Positions 38,202-49,283 of a stretch of 64,000 nucleotides of DNA are shown piece by piece. Positions within the stretch are counted from its first letter, which is position 1; the number at the start of each line of letters is the position of its first letter. The notes under the pieces are model-generated. The model saw only the letters and a list, made by a program, of their open reading frames with translations, was not told the origin of the DNA and made no database searches. A program made the translations under genes and the position numbers. The stretch is taken from contig CAWBWI010000001.1 of assembly GCA_963792585.1 (NCBI GenBank), positions 1,088,001 through 1,152,000 on the forward strand, given 5' to 3'. This stretch comes from Candidatus Eiseniibacteriota bacterium. Its GTDB lineage: Bacteria; Eisenbacteria; RBG-16-71-46; CAIMUX01; VGJL01.

Positions 38202-39644
38202 ATGAGCACGACGGTCCGCGTTCGTTTCGCGCCGAGCCCGACCGGCTATCTCCATGTGGGAAGCCTGCGGACGGCGCTCTACAACTACCTGTTCGCACGA
38301 AAGCACGGCGGGGTCTTCATCCTGCGCATCGAGGATACCGACCGAACTCGGTACGTTCCGGGAGCGACCGAGAACCTGATTGCCGCCCTGGCCTGGGCCG
38401 GGCTCTCGTACGACGAGGGGCCCGAGGTCGGGGGCCCGCACGAGCCGTACTACCAATCGAAGCGCCGCCCCCTCTATCTTGCCGCGGTCGAGCGACTCGT
38501 CGCCTCCGGGCACGCCTATCCCTGTTTCTGCACCGCCGAGCGGCTCGATTCGATGCGCAAGGTCGCCACCGAGAAGAAGCTCTCGACGAAGTACGATCGC
38601 GCTTGCCTGCGCCTGTCCACCCACGAAGTCGAAGCCAGGAAGGCAGCGGGCATCCCAAACGTGATCCGTCTCTTCTGTCCCGACGAGACGATCACGGTGC
38701 GGGACCTGGTCCGCGGCGAGGTGGAGTTCTCACCTGAGGTGATGGACGATCAGGTCCTTCTGAAGTCCGATGGATACCCGACCTACCATCTTGCCAATGT
38801 CGTCGACGATCGTGAGATGCGGATCACCCACGTCATTCGCGGCGAGGAGTGGCTCTCCAGCACGCCGAAGCACGTGCTCCTCTATCGCTACCTCGGGTAC
38901 GAAACGCCCCTCTTCGCGCACCTGCCGCTGCTCTTGAATCCGGATCGGAGCAAGCTCAGCAAGCGGCAGGGCGACGTCGCGGTGGAGGACTACCGGGATC
39001 GGGGCTATCTGCCGGAAGCCCTCAACAACTTCGTCGCCTTCCTCGGCTGGAATCCGGGCGATGACCGGGAGATCTTCGCCGTCGAGGAGTTGGTGGAAGC
39101 CTTCTCGCTGGAGCGGGTGAACAAGTCCGGGGCGATCTTCAACGTCGACAAGCTCAAGTGGTATCAACAGGAATGGATGCGGAGGCGCTCGGACGACTCG
39201 ATCCTCGCCGAGTTACGCCCCCTGCTGGACGCGCGCGGCTGGACGGCCTTTCCCGACGCCTATTGCCTGCAGATGATCGGCCTGATGCGCGAGCGGGTCG
39301 AGTTCGTCCGCGACTACCCGGCAGCGGCGGCGTGGTTCTTCGAGGACCCGTCCACCTACGACCCTCCGACGGTCCAGAAACGATGGGGACCGGGCAGCGC
39401 GGATCGATGCCGGGGAATCCTCCCCGTCCTGGAGTCCCTCGAGACCTTCAACACGGAGAACCTGCATCGCGCAGTGCAGGCACAGGCAGATGGGATGGGC
39501 CTCAAGCTCGGAGATCTCGTCCATCCCTTGCGCCTCGCCTGCACGGGGGTCGGCGGGGGCCCGGGGCTCTTCGAGCTGATGGAGGTTCTCGGCAAGGAGA
39601 CTTGCCTGCGAAGGATCCACCGCGCGACCGCGGTCCTCGGCTAA
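38202..39644 (+). CDS. gltX: Glutamate--tRNA ligase
   Basis: RFAPSPTGYLHVGS, LRIEDTD, ITHVIRGEEW and KLSKR motifs; C-terminal helical anticodon-binding domain. Confidence 0.96.
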   Translation: MSTTVRVRFAPSPTGYLHVGSLRTALYNYLFARKHGGVFILRIEDTDRTRYVPGATENLIAALAWAGLSYDEGPEVGGPHEPYYQSKRRPLYLAAVERLVASGHAYPCFCTAERLDSMRKVATEKKLSTKYDRACLRLSTHEVEARKAAGIPNVIRLFCPDETITVRDLVRGEVEFSPEVMDDQVLLKSDGYPTYHLANVVDDREMRITHVIRGEEWLSSTPKHVLLYRYLGYETPLFAHLPLLLNPDRSKLSKRQGDVAVEDYRDRGYLPEALNNFVAFLGWNPGDDREIFAVEELVEAFSLERVNKSGAIFNVDKLKWYQQEWMRRRSDDSILAELRPLLDARGWTAFPDAYCLQMIGLMRERVEFVRDYPAAAAWFFEDPSTYDPPTVQKRWGPGSADRCRGILPVLESLETFNTENLHRAVQAQADGMGLKLGDLVHPLRLACTGVGGGPGLFELMEVLGKETCLRRIHRATAVLG

Positions 39645-39675
39645 CCGATGATCGGAGCGGGAGAGGCGGCCGGAC

Positions 39676-41397
39676 TTACTTGCCCGCCGCCTCGATCTTC
39701 GCCCAGGAGTCGCGCAGGGTGACGGTTCGGTTGAAGACCGGCTGCCCGGGGCGCGAGTCACGTGAATCAACGCAGAAGTAGCCGAGCCGCTCAAATTGGA
39801 CGCGGCTGCCCGGCGCGAGATCGCGGAGCCCGGCCTCCAGACGGCAGTCGGTCAAGGTCTCGAGGGACTTGGGACTCAGGTACTCCCTGAAGTCCGTTCC
39901 ATCTTCGCCCCCTTCCGGGTCCGGCCGGGAGAACAGGTGGTCGTAGAGTCGCACCCCGGTCACGAAGGAATGCGCCGCGGAGACCCAGTGGATCGTCCCC
40001 TTGATCTTCCTGCCGTCGGGACTCGATCCGCCGCGTGAAGCGGGATCGTACGTGCAACGCAGCTCGCGCACGTCTCCGGTCGCCGGATCCTTCACGACAC
40101 CGGTGCAGGTCATGTAGTAGGCGCCGCGCAACCGCACCTCATTGCCGGGATAGAGCCGGTGGTACTTGGGCGGCGGCGATTCGCGGAAGTCGTCCTGCTC
40201 GATGTAGATCACCTTCGAGAACGGAACCTTCCTCATGCCGAGGGAGGGGTCCTCCGGGTTGACCTGAAGCTCGAACTCCTCGACCAGATCGTCCGGGTAG
40301 TTCTCGATCACGACCTTCAGCGGACGGAGGACCGCCATCGCGCGCCGCGCGTGCCGATTCAGGTCCTCGCGGACGGCATGCTCCAGCATGCCGAATTCGA
40401 TCGTGCTGTTGCGCTTTGCCATTCCGGTCCGCTCGAGAAATGTGCGGATCGCCTCCGGGGTGAATCCCCGCCGGCGCATCCCGCAGAGGGTCGGCATCCG
40501 GGGGTCGTCCCAACCACTCACGGACCCATCCTCGACCATCTGGCGGAGCTTGCGCTTGCTCATCACGGTGTAGGTCAGGTTCAGGCGCGCGAACTCGAAC
40601 TGCTGGGGGCGATCCGGGAGGTCGAGTTGATCGAGGAACCAGTCGTAGAGCGGCCGATGGTCCTCGAATTCGAGGCTGCAGAGGGAGTGGGTGACCCGCT
40701 CGATCGCGTCCGACTGACCGTGGGCCCAGTCGTAGGAGGGATAGATGCACCAGGCATCGCCCGTCCGGTGATGCGTCACCCTGCGGATTCTGTACATCAC
40801 CGGATCGCGCATGTTCATGTTCGGCGAGGCCATGTCGATCTTTGCCCGTAGAACACGGCTCCCGTCGGGGTACTCCCCCGCCCGCATCCGATGGAAGAGG
40901 TCCAGGTTCTCGTCGATCGGGCGGTCTCGGAACGGGCTGTCGCGACCCGGCTCGGTGAGCGTCCCCCGATACTCACGGATCTCCTCCGCCGACAGATCGC
41001 ACACGTAGGCGTGGCCGTCCCGAATCAGCTTTTCCGCGAACGCATAGAGCTGCTCGAAGTAGCTGGATGCATAGTAGAGGCGATCCTCCCAGTCCCACCC
41101 GAGCCAGCGGATGTCCTCCATGATCGCGTCGACGTATTCCACGTCTTCCTTGACGGGATTCGTGTCGTCGAACCGCAAGTTGCACTTGCCGCCGAACTCC
41201 GCCGCGACCCCGAAGTCGAGCGCGATCGCCTTCGCGTGCCCGATGTGGAGGTAGCCGTTGGGCTCGGGCGGGAAGCGCGTCTGGACGCGGCCGTCGTGCT
41301 TGCCGGACTCGAGGTCCGCCGTCACGATCGCCCGGATGAAATCGAGGGGTTGGGTCTCGGGTGACTTATCTTCAGGATCAACCGGCGTCATGTTCAT
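39676..41397 (-). CDS. glnS: Glutamine--tRNA ligase
   Basis: [45 protein letters not shown] and QFERLGYF motifs. Confidence 0.96.
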   Translation of the reverse strand: MNMTPVDPEDKSPETQPLDFIRAIVTADLESGKHDGRVQTRFPPEPNGYLHIGHAKAIALDFGVAAEFGGKCNLRFDDTNPVKEDVEYVDAIMEDIRWLGWDWEDRLYYASSYFEQLYAFAEKLIRDGHAYVCDLSAEEIREYRGTLTEPGRDSPFRDRPIDENLDLFHRMRAGEYPDGSRVLRAKIDMASPNMNMRDPVMYRIRRVTHHRTGDAWCIYPSYDWAHGQSDAIERVTHSLCSLEFEDHRPLYDWFLDQLDLPDRPQQFEFARLNLTYTVMSKRKLRQMVEDGSVSGWDDPRMPTLCGMRRRGFTPEAIRTFLERTGMAKRNSTIEFGMLEHAVREDLNRHARRAMAVLRPLKVVIENYPDDLVEEFELQVNPEDPSLGMRKVPFSKVIYIEQDDFRESPPPKYHRLYPGNEVRLRGAYYMTCTGVVKDPATGDVRELRCTYDPASRGGSSPDGRKIKGTIHWVSAAHSFVTGVRLYDHLFSRPDPEGGEDGTDFREYLSPKSLETLTDCRLEAGLRDLAPGSRVQFERLGYFCVDSRDSRPGQPVFNRTVTLRDSWAKIEAAGK

Positions 41398-41487
41398 GCC
41401 TTTCTCCTATGAGGGGGTACGATAGCATGCCGATCGAGCGTCGTCCTGCGCTTTGCGCCCACCCCCGACTGCGGTACCATACGGTCG

Positions 41488-43251
41488 ATGCGACGCCGGA
41501 CGCTGCTGCTTCTGCCGTTCTTGCTGCTTCTGCTCGGACAGGCGACCTGGGCGGTCACCTTGATTTCCCGTTCGGCCGGACTCGAGCTCCCGATCAAGGA
41601 AGAGGGAAAGACCGAGTACGAGATTGGGGACGTCAACGGGGACGGCAATCTCGATCTCGCCTCCGTCGGGGATCACGGCTCGCCCTACATCAACAGCGAC
41701 CAACACGGAATCATGGTCTGGCTGGGCGACGGCGCGGGAACCTGGACGGTCCATCAGTTCGGCGACTTCGGCTACGGCGGGTGTGCGCTCGGCGACCTGA
41801 ACCTCGACGGACGACTCGACATCGCCTGGGGCGTGCACCACAACTACGGCGCCGGCATGGGCAGCCGCCTGATGGGGGCGGCCCTCGGGGACGGATCGGG
41901 AGCCTTCTGGACCGACTGGGGCGAAGGTCTCGCCTCCAACGGCGAGACCTATGGGATGTTCTCGACCGCGCTGGCGGACTTCGACGGCAACGGCCGCCTG
42001 GATGTCGCCTGCCAGTCGTTCGGCAGCGGCAACGGCGTTCGAGTCTATGAGAATCACGGCGACGGGACCTGGGGGCAGGTCTGGGCCCAGACGGGCGGCA
42101 ATGCGGGTTTCCGGATCGAGGCCTGCGACTTCGACGCCGATGGCCGTCTCGACATCGCCTGCACGCGCTACGGGACCAACATCTACCGTGGGGACGGCGC
42201 CTTCGGATTTACGCTGACGCAAGCAGGGTTGCCGACCGCGACCATCGCCGCGATCGACGTGGGCGATGCGGACAACGACGGGGCCGACGACATCCTGCTT
42301 TCGATCGGCGCTACCGGTCTGCGCTGCTTTCGATACGACGCCGGCGCATCGACCTGGGTCGAGGCCTCCGCCGGCCTTCCCACGACCGGCACCTACACCC
42401 TCGTCCAGTTTGGGGATCTCAACGGCGATGGCCTGCTCGATACGGTCGGATACTCGGGCCCGGTCGGGCGCGTCTTCTTGGGAGACGGCGGCTCCTCCTG
42501 GACCCTCGACGCGACCTGGACGATGCCCTCTCCGGGCGACAACTCGGCATTGCGGATCGACGGGGACGTTGACCACGACGGGCGCGAAGACATCGTGATC
42601 CAGGCTGTCCAGAGCGGATTCCCGGTCAACCACAACCAGCTGCGGGTCTATTCCCCTTGGCAGGAACCCGACGCGCTTTCGGCGCGGATCACGACCCCCA
42701 AGGGGGGCGAGACGATGCGCGTGGGTTCGATTCGAGAGATCCGGTGGCTCGCGGCGGTGCCCCCATCGCAAGGTCGGGCGCGGGCGTCTCTCGATCTCTC
42801 GATGAGCGGGCCCGAAGGCCCGTGGGTCCCACTCGCCCGGGACTTGCCGGACAACGGCCGTCATGCCTGGCAGGTGGCGCCGCCGGGCAGCTCCAGCCGT
42901 TGCCGGGTGAGGGTGACGATCGCGACACCTTCCGACACGGTGCGCGCGGTCTCATCCGGCGACTTCACGATCCTGCAAGATCCGGCGAGTGTCGGGTCGC
43001 AACCGGGTGGGAACACGTTCTCGATCCGCTGCCTGCCCAATCCGTCTTCGGATCGGGCCTGGATCGTCCTCGAGGGAGCGCCGGCCCCCACCGCTACCAT
43101 CGAGCTCTTCGATCCGAGCGGACGCCGCTACCATCGATCCGAGGTCGCCGCGATCGGAGGGGTGCGGGTTCCCCTCCCCACAGGGGTCTCCTTCGTGCGC
43201 GCCCGAAGCGGAGACGCGGAAGCCTCCATGCGTGTGGTCCGCCTTCCATGA
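41488..43251 (+). CDS. Secreted FG-GAP/VCBS repeat protein with Ig-like domain and short T9SS-like tail
   Basis: Seven (G/A/C)DxxxDG..D repeats; ITTPKGGE..IRW Ig-like domain; LPNPS...FDPSGR...LPTGVSFVR tail. Confidence 0.8.
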   Translation: MRRRTLLLLPFLLLLLGQATWAVTLISRSAGLELPIKEEGKTEYEIGDVNGDGNLDLASVGDHGSPYINSDQHGIMVWLGDGAGTWTVHQFGDFGYGGCALGDLNLDGRLDIAWGVHHNYGAGMGSRLMGAALGDGSGAFWTDWGEGLASNGETYGMFSTALADFDGNGRLDVACQSFGSGNGVRVYENHGDGTWGQVWAQTGGNAGFRIEACDFDADGRLDIACTRYGTNIYRGDGAFGFTLTQAGLPTATIAAIDVGDADNDGADDILLSIGATGLRCFRYDAGASTWVEASAGLPTTGTYTLVQFGDLNGDGLLDTVGYSGPVGRVFLGDGGSSWTLDATWTMPSPGDNSALRIDGDVDHDGREDIVIQAVQSGFPVNHNQLRVYSPWQEPDALSARITTPKGGETMRVGSIREIRWLAAVPPSQGRARASLDLSMSGPEGPWVPLARDLPDNGRHAWQVAPPGSSSRCRVRVTIATPSDTVRAVSSGDFTILQDPASVGSQPGGNTFSIRCLPNPSSDRAWIVLEGAPAPTATIELFDPSGRRYHRSEVAAIGGVRVPLPTGVSFVRARSGDAEASMRVVRLP

Positions 43252-44048
43252 CACCGCGCCTCTCGGCGGTGAAGGCCGGCCGACACATCCTTCAGATCGG
43301 GATCGCGGCTGCTGCCCTCACGGCCGGAATCCGGCTCGCAACGGGCCATGCGCTCTCGGGGGTCGAGAAGTATTGCCCGTTCGGAGGATTCGAGACCGCC
43401 TGGTCGTTCGTGACGCGACGAAGCTTCAGTTGCGCGGCGGGCGAGTTGAACTTCGCCCTCTTCCTGGCATTGATCGGGCTGACGTTCCTGGCACGCAAGG
43501 CGTTCTGCGCCTGGGTCTGCCCGGTGGGCGCCGTGAGCGAGGGAATCCTGGCCCTCGCGCGTCGCATCGGCGGACGCCTGCCCCTCACGCCTCCCCCCCG
43601 CATCGACGCGGCGCTTCGTTGGTTGCGCCTGCCGGTGCTCGTGGTGATTCTCGCCGCCACCTGGAGGACCGGAGAGCTTGTATTCCGCGGCTATGACCCC
43701 TACTACATCCTCTTCAGCGCGCACGGTCACGAGGTGAAGGTCTGGAGCTACGGTCTCCTTGCGGCCGTCCTCGGACTGGCCCTCCTCGTTCCGATGGCTT
43801 GGTGCCGCTATCTCTGTCCCCTCGGAGTCACCCTCTGGCCCTTCTCCGCGCTCGGCCGTCTGCGCCTGCACCGATCCGAGGCTTCCTGCACCGGCTGCGG
43901 CGCGTGCACGCGCGTCTGTCCGCACGGAATCGCCGTCGGATCGTCGACCGAGATCCGCTCCGGCGAGTGCACCCTCTGCCTCGAATGCGTGGAGGCATGT
44001 CCGGCCGCCGGAGCGCTCGAGCTACGGGTGGAGGCGCTGCGGCGATGA
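43248..44048 (+). CDS. Membrane 4Fe-4S binding protein (NapH/MauN/RdxA-like)
   Basis: EKYCPFGG, FCAWVCPVG, WCRYLCPLG, CTGCGACTRVCP and CTLCLECVEACP motifs; ATGA overlap. Confidence 0.88.
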   Translation: MTPRLSAVKAGRHILQIGIAAAALTAGIRLATGHALSGVEKYCPFGGFETAWSFVTRRSFSCAAGELNFALFLALIGLTFLARKAFCAWVCPVGAVSEGILALARRIGGRLPLTPPPRIDAALRWLRLPVLVVILAATWRTGELVFRGYDPYYILFSAHGHEVKVWSYGLLAAVLGLALLVPMAWCRYLCPLGVTLWPFSALGRLRLHRSEASCTGCGACTRVCPHGIAVGSSTEIRSGECTLCLECVEACPAAGALELRVEALRR

Positions 44049-44437
44049 AGGTCTCGCGGTGGATCGTGCCGTGTCTCGTCGTTCTCGCGGCAGCCATCGG
44101 CGTCGGAGGAGCGCGTCTCTTCGCGGCGCCGAGCTTCACGCGCGATTTCGGAACGGCGATCGCGGGGAGGCCCGAGACGGTCAGGATGACCGTACGCGGT
44201 CTCAAGTGCGTCGACACCGCCCGCTCCGTCGCCCGACAACTGGAGGGGGTCCCGGGTGTCCTGCGCTACGTAGCCTACGCCTCCCGCAACGAGGCTCAGG
44301 TGACGTACGACCCAGCGGTGGCGAGCCCGGCCGCCATCGAGGAGGCGATCGAAGGGCCGGTCTTCGTCCAGGAGACCGGAGAGGTTCTCTTCCATACATA
44401 CGAGGTGATCTCGACCCGAGGGGTCCCGATCGACTAG
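44045..44437 (+). CDS. Membrane-anchored HMA-like domain protein
   Basis: N-terminal TM segment; MTVRGLKCVDT...LEGVPGV...AQVTYDP...IEEAI. Confidence 0.75.
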   Translation: MKVSRWIVPCLVVLAAAIGVGGARLFAAPSFTRDFGTAIAGRPETVRMTVRGLKCVDTARSVARQLEGVPGVLRYVAYASRNEAQVTYDPAVASPAAIEEAIEGPVFVQETGEVLFHTYEVISTRGVPID

Positions 44438-44483
44438 AATGTTCTCAACCTTGCTTTTCACTTCCTGATAGGAGGTTCCGTTC

Positions 44484-44888
44484 ATGAGCCGCTTGAAGAT
44501 GTCCCTCGCCGCCCTGCTCCTTCTGACCATCTGTGCGGGGGTCGGATCCGCCGCCGAACCGACTCCGGCGAAGTCGAGTGCCGCGCCGGCCCAGGAGACT
44601 GCCATTTACTCCGTCCCGAAACTGATGGAGGGGACGCTCCTGAAGGATCTCGCCAAGGCTCTGTCCGGCCAGCCCGGCGTCGTGAGGGCCCAGATCGACA
44701 GCGGGAAGGGAACCTTCAACGTGACCTTCGAGCCGAAGAAGACGGGTCCCGACGAGATCTTGAAGACGATCACCGGCATCTCCAAGGACGCGAAGCTCGT
44801 CTCGGTGGGGCCTGCTGATCCCAAGGCCGCGTCCCAGGATTGCGGAAAGTGTCCGAGCGCCAAGACCTGCGCGGGGGCGAAGAAGTAA
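44484..44888 (+). CDS. Secreted HMA-fold-like protein with C-terminal CxxCPxxxxC
   Basis: RBS AGGAGG; signal peptide; KALSGQPGV...VTFEPKKT...I; DCGKCPSAKTC. Confidence 0.7.
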   Translation: MSRLKMSLAALLLLTICAGVGSAAEPTPAKSSAAPAQETAIYSVPKLMEGTLLKDLAKALSGQPGVVRAQIDSGKGTFNVTFEPKKTGPDEILKTITGISKDAKLVSVGPADPKAASQDCGKCPSAKTCAGAKK

Positions 44889-44986
44889 CCGCCACCCGGT
44901 CCGCGCCTCCGAAGAAAGGCTCTCCTGCGAATTTCCCGATCGGGGATCGCAGGAGAGCCGTTTGATTGGTTCACGGCCCGGAAGGG

Positions 44987-46210
44987 CTAGATCACGAAGC
45001 GTCCGTTGTCGATGACTCGCTCTTCCCGTCCGTCGCCGCGGACGCCGAAGACCGACACCGCGTCGGAACCGATCATGAAGTCGACATGGACGAGCGCGAC
45101 GTTGCAGCCATCGGCCAGCAGATCCTCGCTCGATTTTCCGGCCGCCCCCTCGACGCACTCCGTGTAGCCGTTCCCCAGGGCGATGTGGCAGGCGGCGTTC
45201 TCGTCGAAGAGAATCGAGTGGAAGATGCGCCCGCTCCGGTAGATTGGTGAGTCGGTGCCGACGAGCGCCACCTCGCCCAGAAAGCGGCCGCGTTCGTCGA
45301 GCTTCAGGAACTGCTCGAGCACAGCCGCGTTCTTCTCCGCCCCGAACTCGACCGCCGTCCCCTTCTCGAAGCGGAACCAGGCCCCCTCGACGTTCGTGCC
45401 CATCACTTCCACCGGACGCGTGCAACGGACCGTTCCTTCGGTTCTCCCCGCATCGGGGGTGGAGAAGATCTCCTCCGTCGGGATGTTCGCAAAGAAGGCG
45501 CGTCCGTCCTTGGCCAGACCGCGCCCGCCGAGGAATCTCCGATTGGGACGCATGCCGACGGTCAGGTCCGTTCCCGGTCCCTTGAAGCGGATCAAGTCGT
45601 AGCGCGCTGCGTTCATGTGCCCGGCCCGTCTCTTGAGCTCGCGATCGTGCAGCTCCCAGGCGGCCGCCGGGTCGCCGGCATCCAGGCGGAGGATCGGGAC
45701 GAGGTGCTTCCAGATTCGCGCCTCCCAGTCCACGGCATCGCCGAGCACCTTCTCCGCCCAGCCCGGGGTTGGATAGAGGCAGACGTTCCAGGCGATCTCG
45801 TTCGAGGAGACCCGTTGGAGCCACTCGCGCGCGGCGATCGAAGCCGCCTTGCGGGCCCGACCGAGCCGTCCCGAGTCGACCCCCTCGAAGATGTCGGGGG
45901 TCTCGGGGCCGACGAGCCCGATGCTCGCCCAGTTCTCGTCCACGTAGGCGCGGTACGTCGGCGGGATGAACGAGGGGACGAAGTCGAGCGAATCCTCCCG
46001 CGCCGCGTCGATCCGGCTGCGATCGATCCTGGGATCGTTCATCTGAACCTGCACGAACGAGGCGCCCAGCTCGTAGGCGCGGCGGGCGAGAACGCCCGCG
46101 AAGCCTCGCTGACCGACCTCCGTGCGGATCAAGACCGGCTGGTTCTCCTGCAGGTTGATCCCGGACTTCAGGATCACGTCTGCGTACTTGCGATCGAGGG
46201 CTTCGTTCAT
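44987..46210 (-). CDS. Aminopeptidase, M29 family (PepS/AmpT-like)
   Basis: KYADVI...GINLQ, GPGTDLTV, NIPTEEIF, LGEVALV, LFDENAACHIALG and HVDFMIG motifs. Confidence 0.92.
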   Translation of the reverse strand: MNEALDRKYADVILKSGINLQENQPVLIRTEVGQRGFAGVLARRAYELGASFVQVQMNDPRIDRSRIDAAREDSLDFVPSFIPPTYRAYVDENWASIGLVGPETPDIFEGVDSGRLGRARKAASIAAREWLQRVSSNEIAWNVCLYPTPGWAEKVLGDAVDWEARIWKHLVPILRLDAGDPAAAWELHDRELKRRAGHMNAARYDLIRFKGPGTDLTVGMRPNRRFLGGRGLAKDGRAFFANIPTEEIFSTPDAGRTEGTVRCTRPVEVMGTNVEGAWFRFEKGTAVEFGAEKNAAVLEQFLKLDERGRFLGEVALVGTDSPIYRSGRIFHSILFDENAACHIALGNGYTECVEGAAGKSSEDLLADGCNVALVHVDFMIGSDAVSVFGVRGDGREERVIDNGRFVI

Positions 46211-47747
46211 TGGAAGAGGAACCCCACAGAGCGGTTGACCAGGTCGGCCAGCGGCGCCCAGAAGATCCCCAACAAGACGGTTGGGGTCGCCAAGATCACC
46301 AAGAGGGCCGAGTGGGACCGCGCGAGGGTGAACCGCGGCGCCTTCTCCATCTCCTCCTGTGGGAGCAGGTACATCGCCCGCAGAATCCGGGCGTAATAGA
46401 AGAGCGAGATCACGCTGTTGAGGATACCCACGATCGCGAGCCAGTAGAGCTTGGCGTCGATGACCGCGGCGAAGAGGAAGAACTTGCCCACGAAACCCGC
46501 GAACGGCGGGAGGCCGGTCAACGAGAAGAGGAAGATCGCCATCGTCACGCCGAGCAGGGGTGAGCGCGCGCCGAGCCCCCGGTAGTCGTCCAGGTTCTCC
46601 TCGTTGCCGATCTTCCCGCGAAGGACCGTCACCACGGTGAAGGCCCCGAGGTTCATGAACAGGTAGACGCCGAGATAGAAGAGCACCCCGAAGATCCCGC
46701 GCTGGCTCAGGACCCCGGTCGCGGGATCCACGCTCGCCAGGCCCATGAGGATGTAGCCCGCGTGGGCGATCGAGGAGTAGGCGAGGAGCCGCTTGACGTT
46801 CGTCTGCTGGACGGCGATCACATTGCCCACCGTCATCGTGATCGCTGAGATGACCGCGATCATTGCGGGCCAGTTGACGGCGCCCAGCACGCCGCCCGGG
46901 TTCATCGCGAACACGTGATAGGAGAAGCGCACGAGCATCGCGAAACCCGCCGCCTTCGGCGCGACCGAGAGAAAGGCCGTGAGCGGCGTCGGCGCCCCTT
47001 CGTAGACGTCGGGGCACCAGAAGTGGAAGGGAACGGCCGCGATCTTGTAGCCGATCCCCGCCATCACGAGGAAGCTCGCCACCAGGACGGCAGCCTCGGT
47101 GCCGGGGTGGCCGCCCAACGCCGCGCCGGCCTTGACGAGGTTCAGCTCCCCTGTGAGGCCGTAGAGAATCGAAAGACCGAAGACCATCGCCCCCGAGGAG
47201 ACCGACCCGTAGAGGACGTACTTCAGGGAGGCCTCGCTCGCCCGCTTGTCCTCCTTCACGTAGCCGACGAGGACATAGGAGACGTAGCTCACGAGCTCCA
47301 GGGAGAGGTAGAGCATCAGCATGTTCGTGCTGATCGCCATCAGGAACATGCCGCGACCACGGCGATGAGGAGACCGTAGAACTCCCCCATCTTCCGCTCA
47401 CCGAAGTCGCGGGAGCGCATCGTCAGGACGATCACGATCGCGGCGACGACGATGAAGAAGAGCTTGAAGTAGCTCCCGAGCGGGTCGAAAGCGCACGCAC
47501 CCTGGAAGAGGAGCAGGCCGCGCGCCCCTTGGGGCAGCGCCTGGCCCATCCCGGCGATCGTCGCGATCAAGGCCCCGGCGAGCCCGGCAAGCGCGACCCA
47601 GGCCGACTTGCGCGAGCGGATGTTCTCATCGATCAGATCCGCCGCGATCGCCAGCGTGAAGGTGACGAACAGAATGATCTCCGGCCCGAACCAGCGGACG
47701 CTCGCGATCGTGTCCAGGACCAGGTAGGAACCCAGTCTCTCCAGCAT
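46207..47747 (-). CDS. nuoN: NADH-quinone oxidoreductase subunit N (frameshift near 47350)
   Basis: GEFYGLL, EASLKY, KIAAVPFHFWCPDVYEGAP, KRLLAYSSIAH and GLPPFAGF motifs. Confidence 0.9.
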
Positions 47748-47760
47748 CGTCCCCTCCCCC

Positions 47761-49245
47761 CTACGACCGCTTCGCCATTTCGATCACCCAGTCCAGGGAT
47801 CGCGTCATCAGATTCAGGACCGGCATCGGAAAGATGCCGAGGAAGATCACGATCAGCCCGAGCGGAACGAGCGTGAACAGCTCGCGGCCGTTGATGTCCG
47901 GCAGGGTCTTGTACTTCTCGTTCAGCGTGCCGAGGAACATCCGCTGCAGCGTCCAGAGCATGTAGCCCGCGGTGAGCACGATGCCTGCGCCGCGACGATC
48001 GTCAGGGTCTGGAAGACCGGACAGGCCCCCAGGAACACCAGCACCTCGCGAGATGAAGCCCGAGAGCCCGGGCAGGCCCAGCGCGGCGAAGAAGGCGATC
48101 ATCACGATCCCCGTGTAGACCGGCATCTGCAGGGCCAGACCGCCGAAGCCGTCGATGTCGCGATGGTGCGCGCGGTCGTAGATCACGCCGACCAGGAGGA
48201 AGAGCATGGCGGTGATCGTGCCGTGGTTGAACATCTGCAGCACGCGCGCCGTTCATGCCCTGCGGCGTCAGCGCCGCCATGCCGAGCAGCACGTAGCCCA
48301 TGTGGCTGACCGAGGAGTAGGCGACCAGCTTCTTCAAGTCCGTCTGCGCCATCGCGCAGAGCGCGCCGTAGACGATGTTGACGACGCCGAGCAGCGCCAG
48401 GGCTCCCGCGAAGCCACTGCGTCGCCGATCGGGCAGGATCGGGAAGCTGATCCGCAGGATGCCGTAGGTGCCCATCTTCAGGAGCACGCCGGCCAGGATC
48501 ACCGAGATCGCCGTCGGCGCCTCGACGTGCGCGTCGGGCAACCAGGTGTGGAACGGGAAGACCGGGATCTTGATCGCGAAGCCGATGAACAGCGCCAGCC
48601 GCAGACGACGCAGCTGGAAGGTCCGGCCGATAGGCGCGACGTGTCCGCTCCAGAGCTGCGGTCATGTCGAAGGTGTGCGGCTCGTGACGGAAGTAGAGCG
48701 CCAGCATCGCGAGCAGCATCAGCACGCAGCCGACCAGCGTGTAGAGGAAGAACTTGATCGCCGCGTACTCGCGCCGCGGTCCGCCCCAGATGCCGATCAG
48801 GAAGTACATCGGCAGCAGCATGACCTCCCAGAAGACGTAGAAGAGGAAGAAGTCGAGCGCGCAGAAGACGCCCATCATCGCCGGTCTCGAGCAGCAGGAA
48901 GAGCGCGAAGTAGCCCTTGACCGCCTTGTCGATCCCCCACGAGGCGAACATGCAGAGGAAGGAGAGGAGCGCCGTCAGCAGCACCATCGGGATGCTGATC
49001 CCGTCGATCGCCGATGAAGTACTCGATGTTGAAGCGCGGGATCCAGCGGCACCTTCTCGACGAACTGCATCGCCGCCGTCGCCGCGGTCGAAGTTGGCGA
49101 AGAGCCAGATCGAGAGGACGAGCGGCACCGCCGAAGTGATCGCCGCCGTCCACCGGACAAGGTTCGGCCGCTCGCGCGGCAGGAAGAGCACCACCAGCAT
49201 CCCGATGAGTGGGAAGAAGGTCATCCAGGAAAGCACGTGGTCCAT
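47761..49245 (-). CDS. nuoM: NADH-quinone oxidoreductase subunit M (several frameshifts)
   Basis: [46 protein letters not shown] and LPGLSGF motifs. Confidence 0.88.
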
Positions 49246-49283
49246 CGTCCTCCTCCACCTCCAGTGCCCTTACCGCGGCGCAC

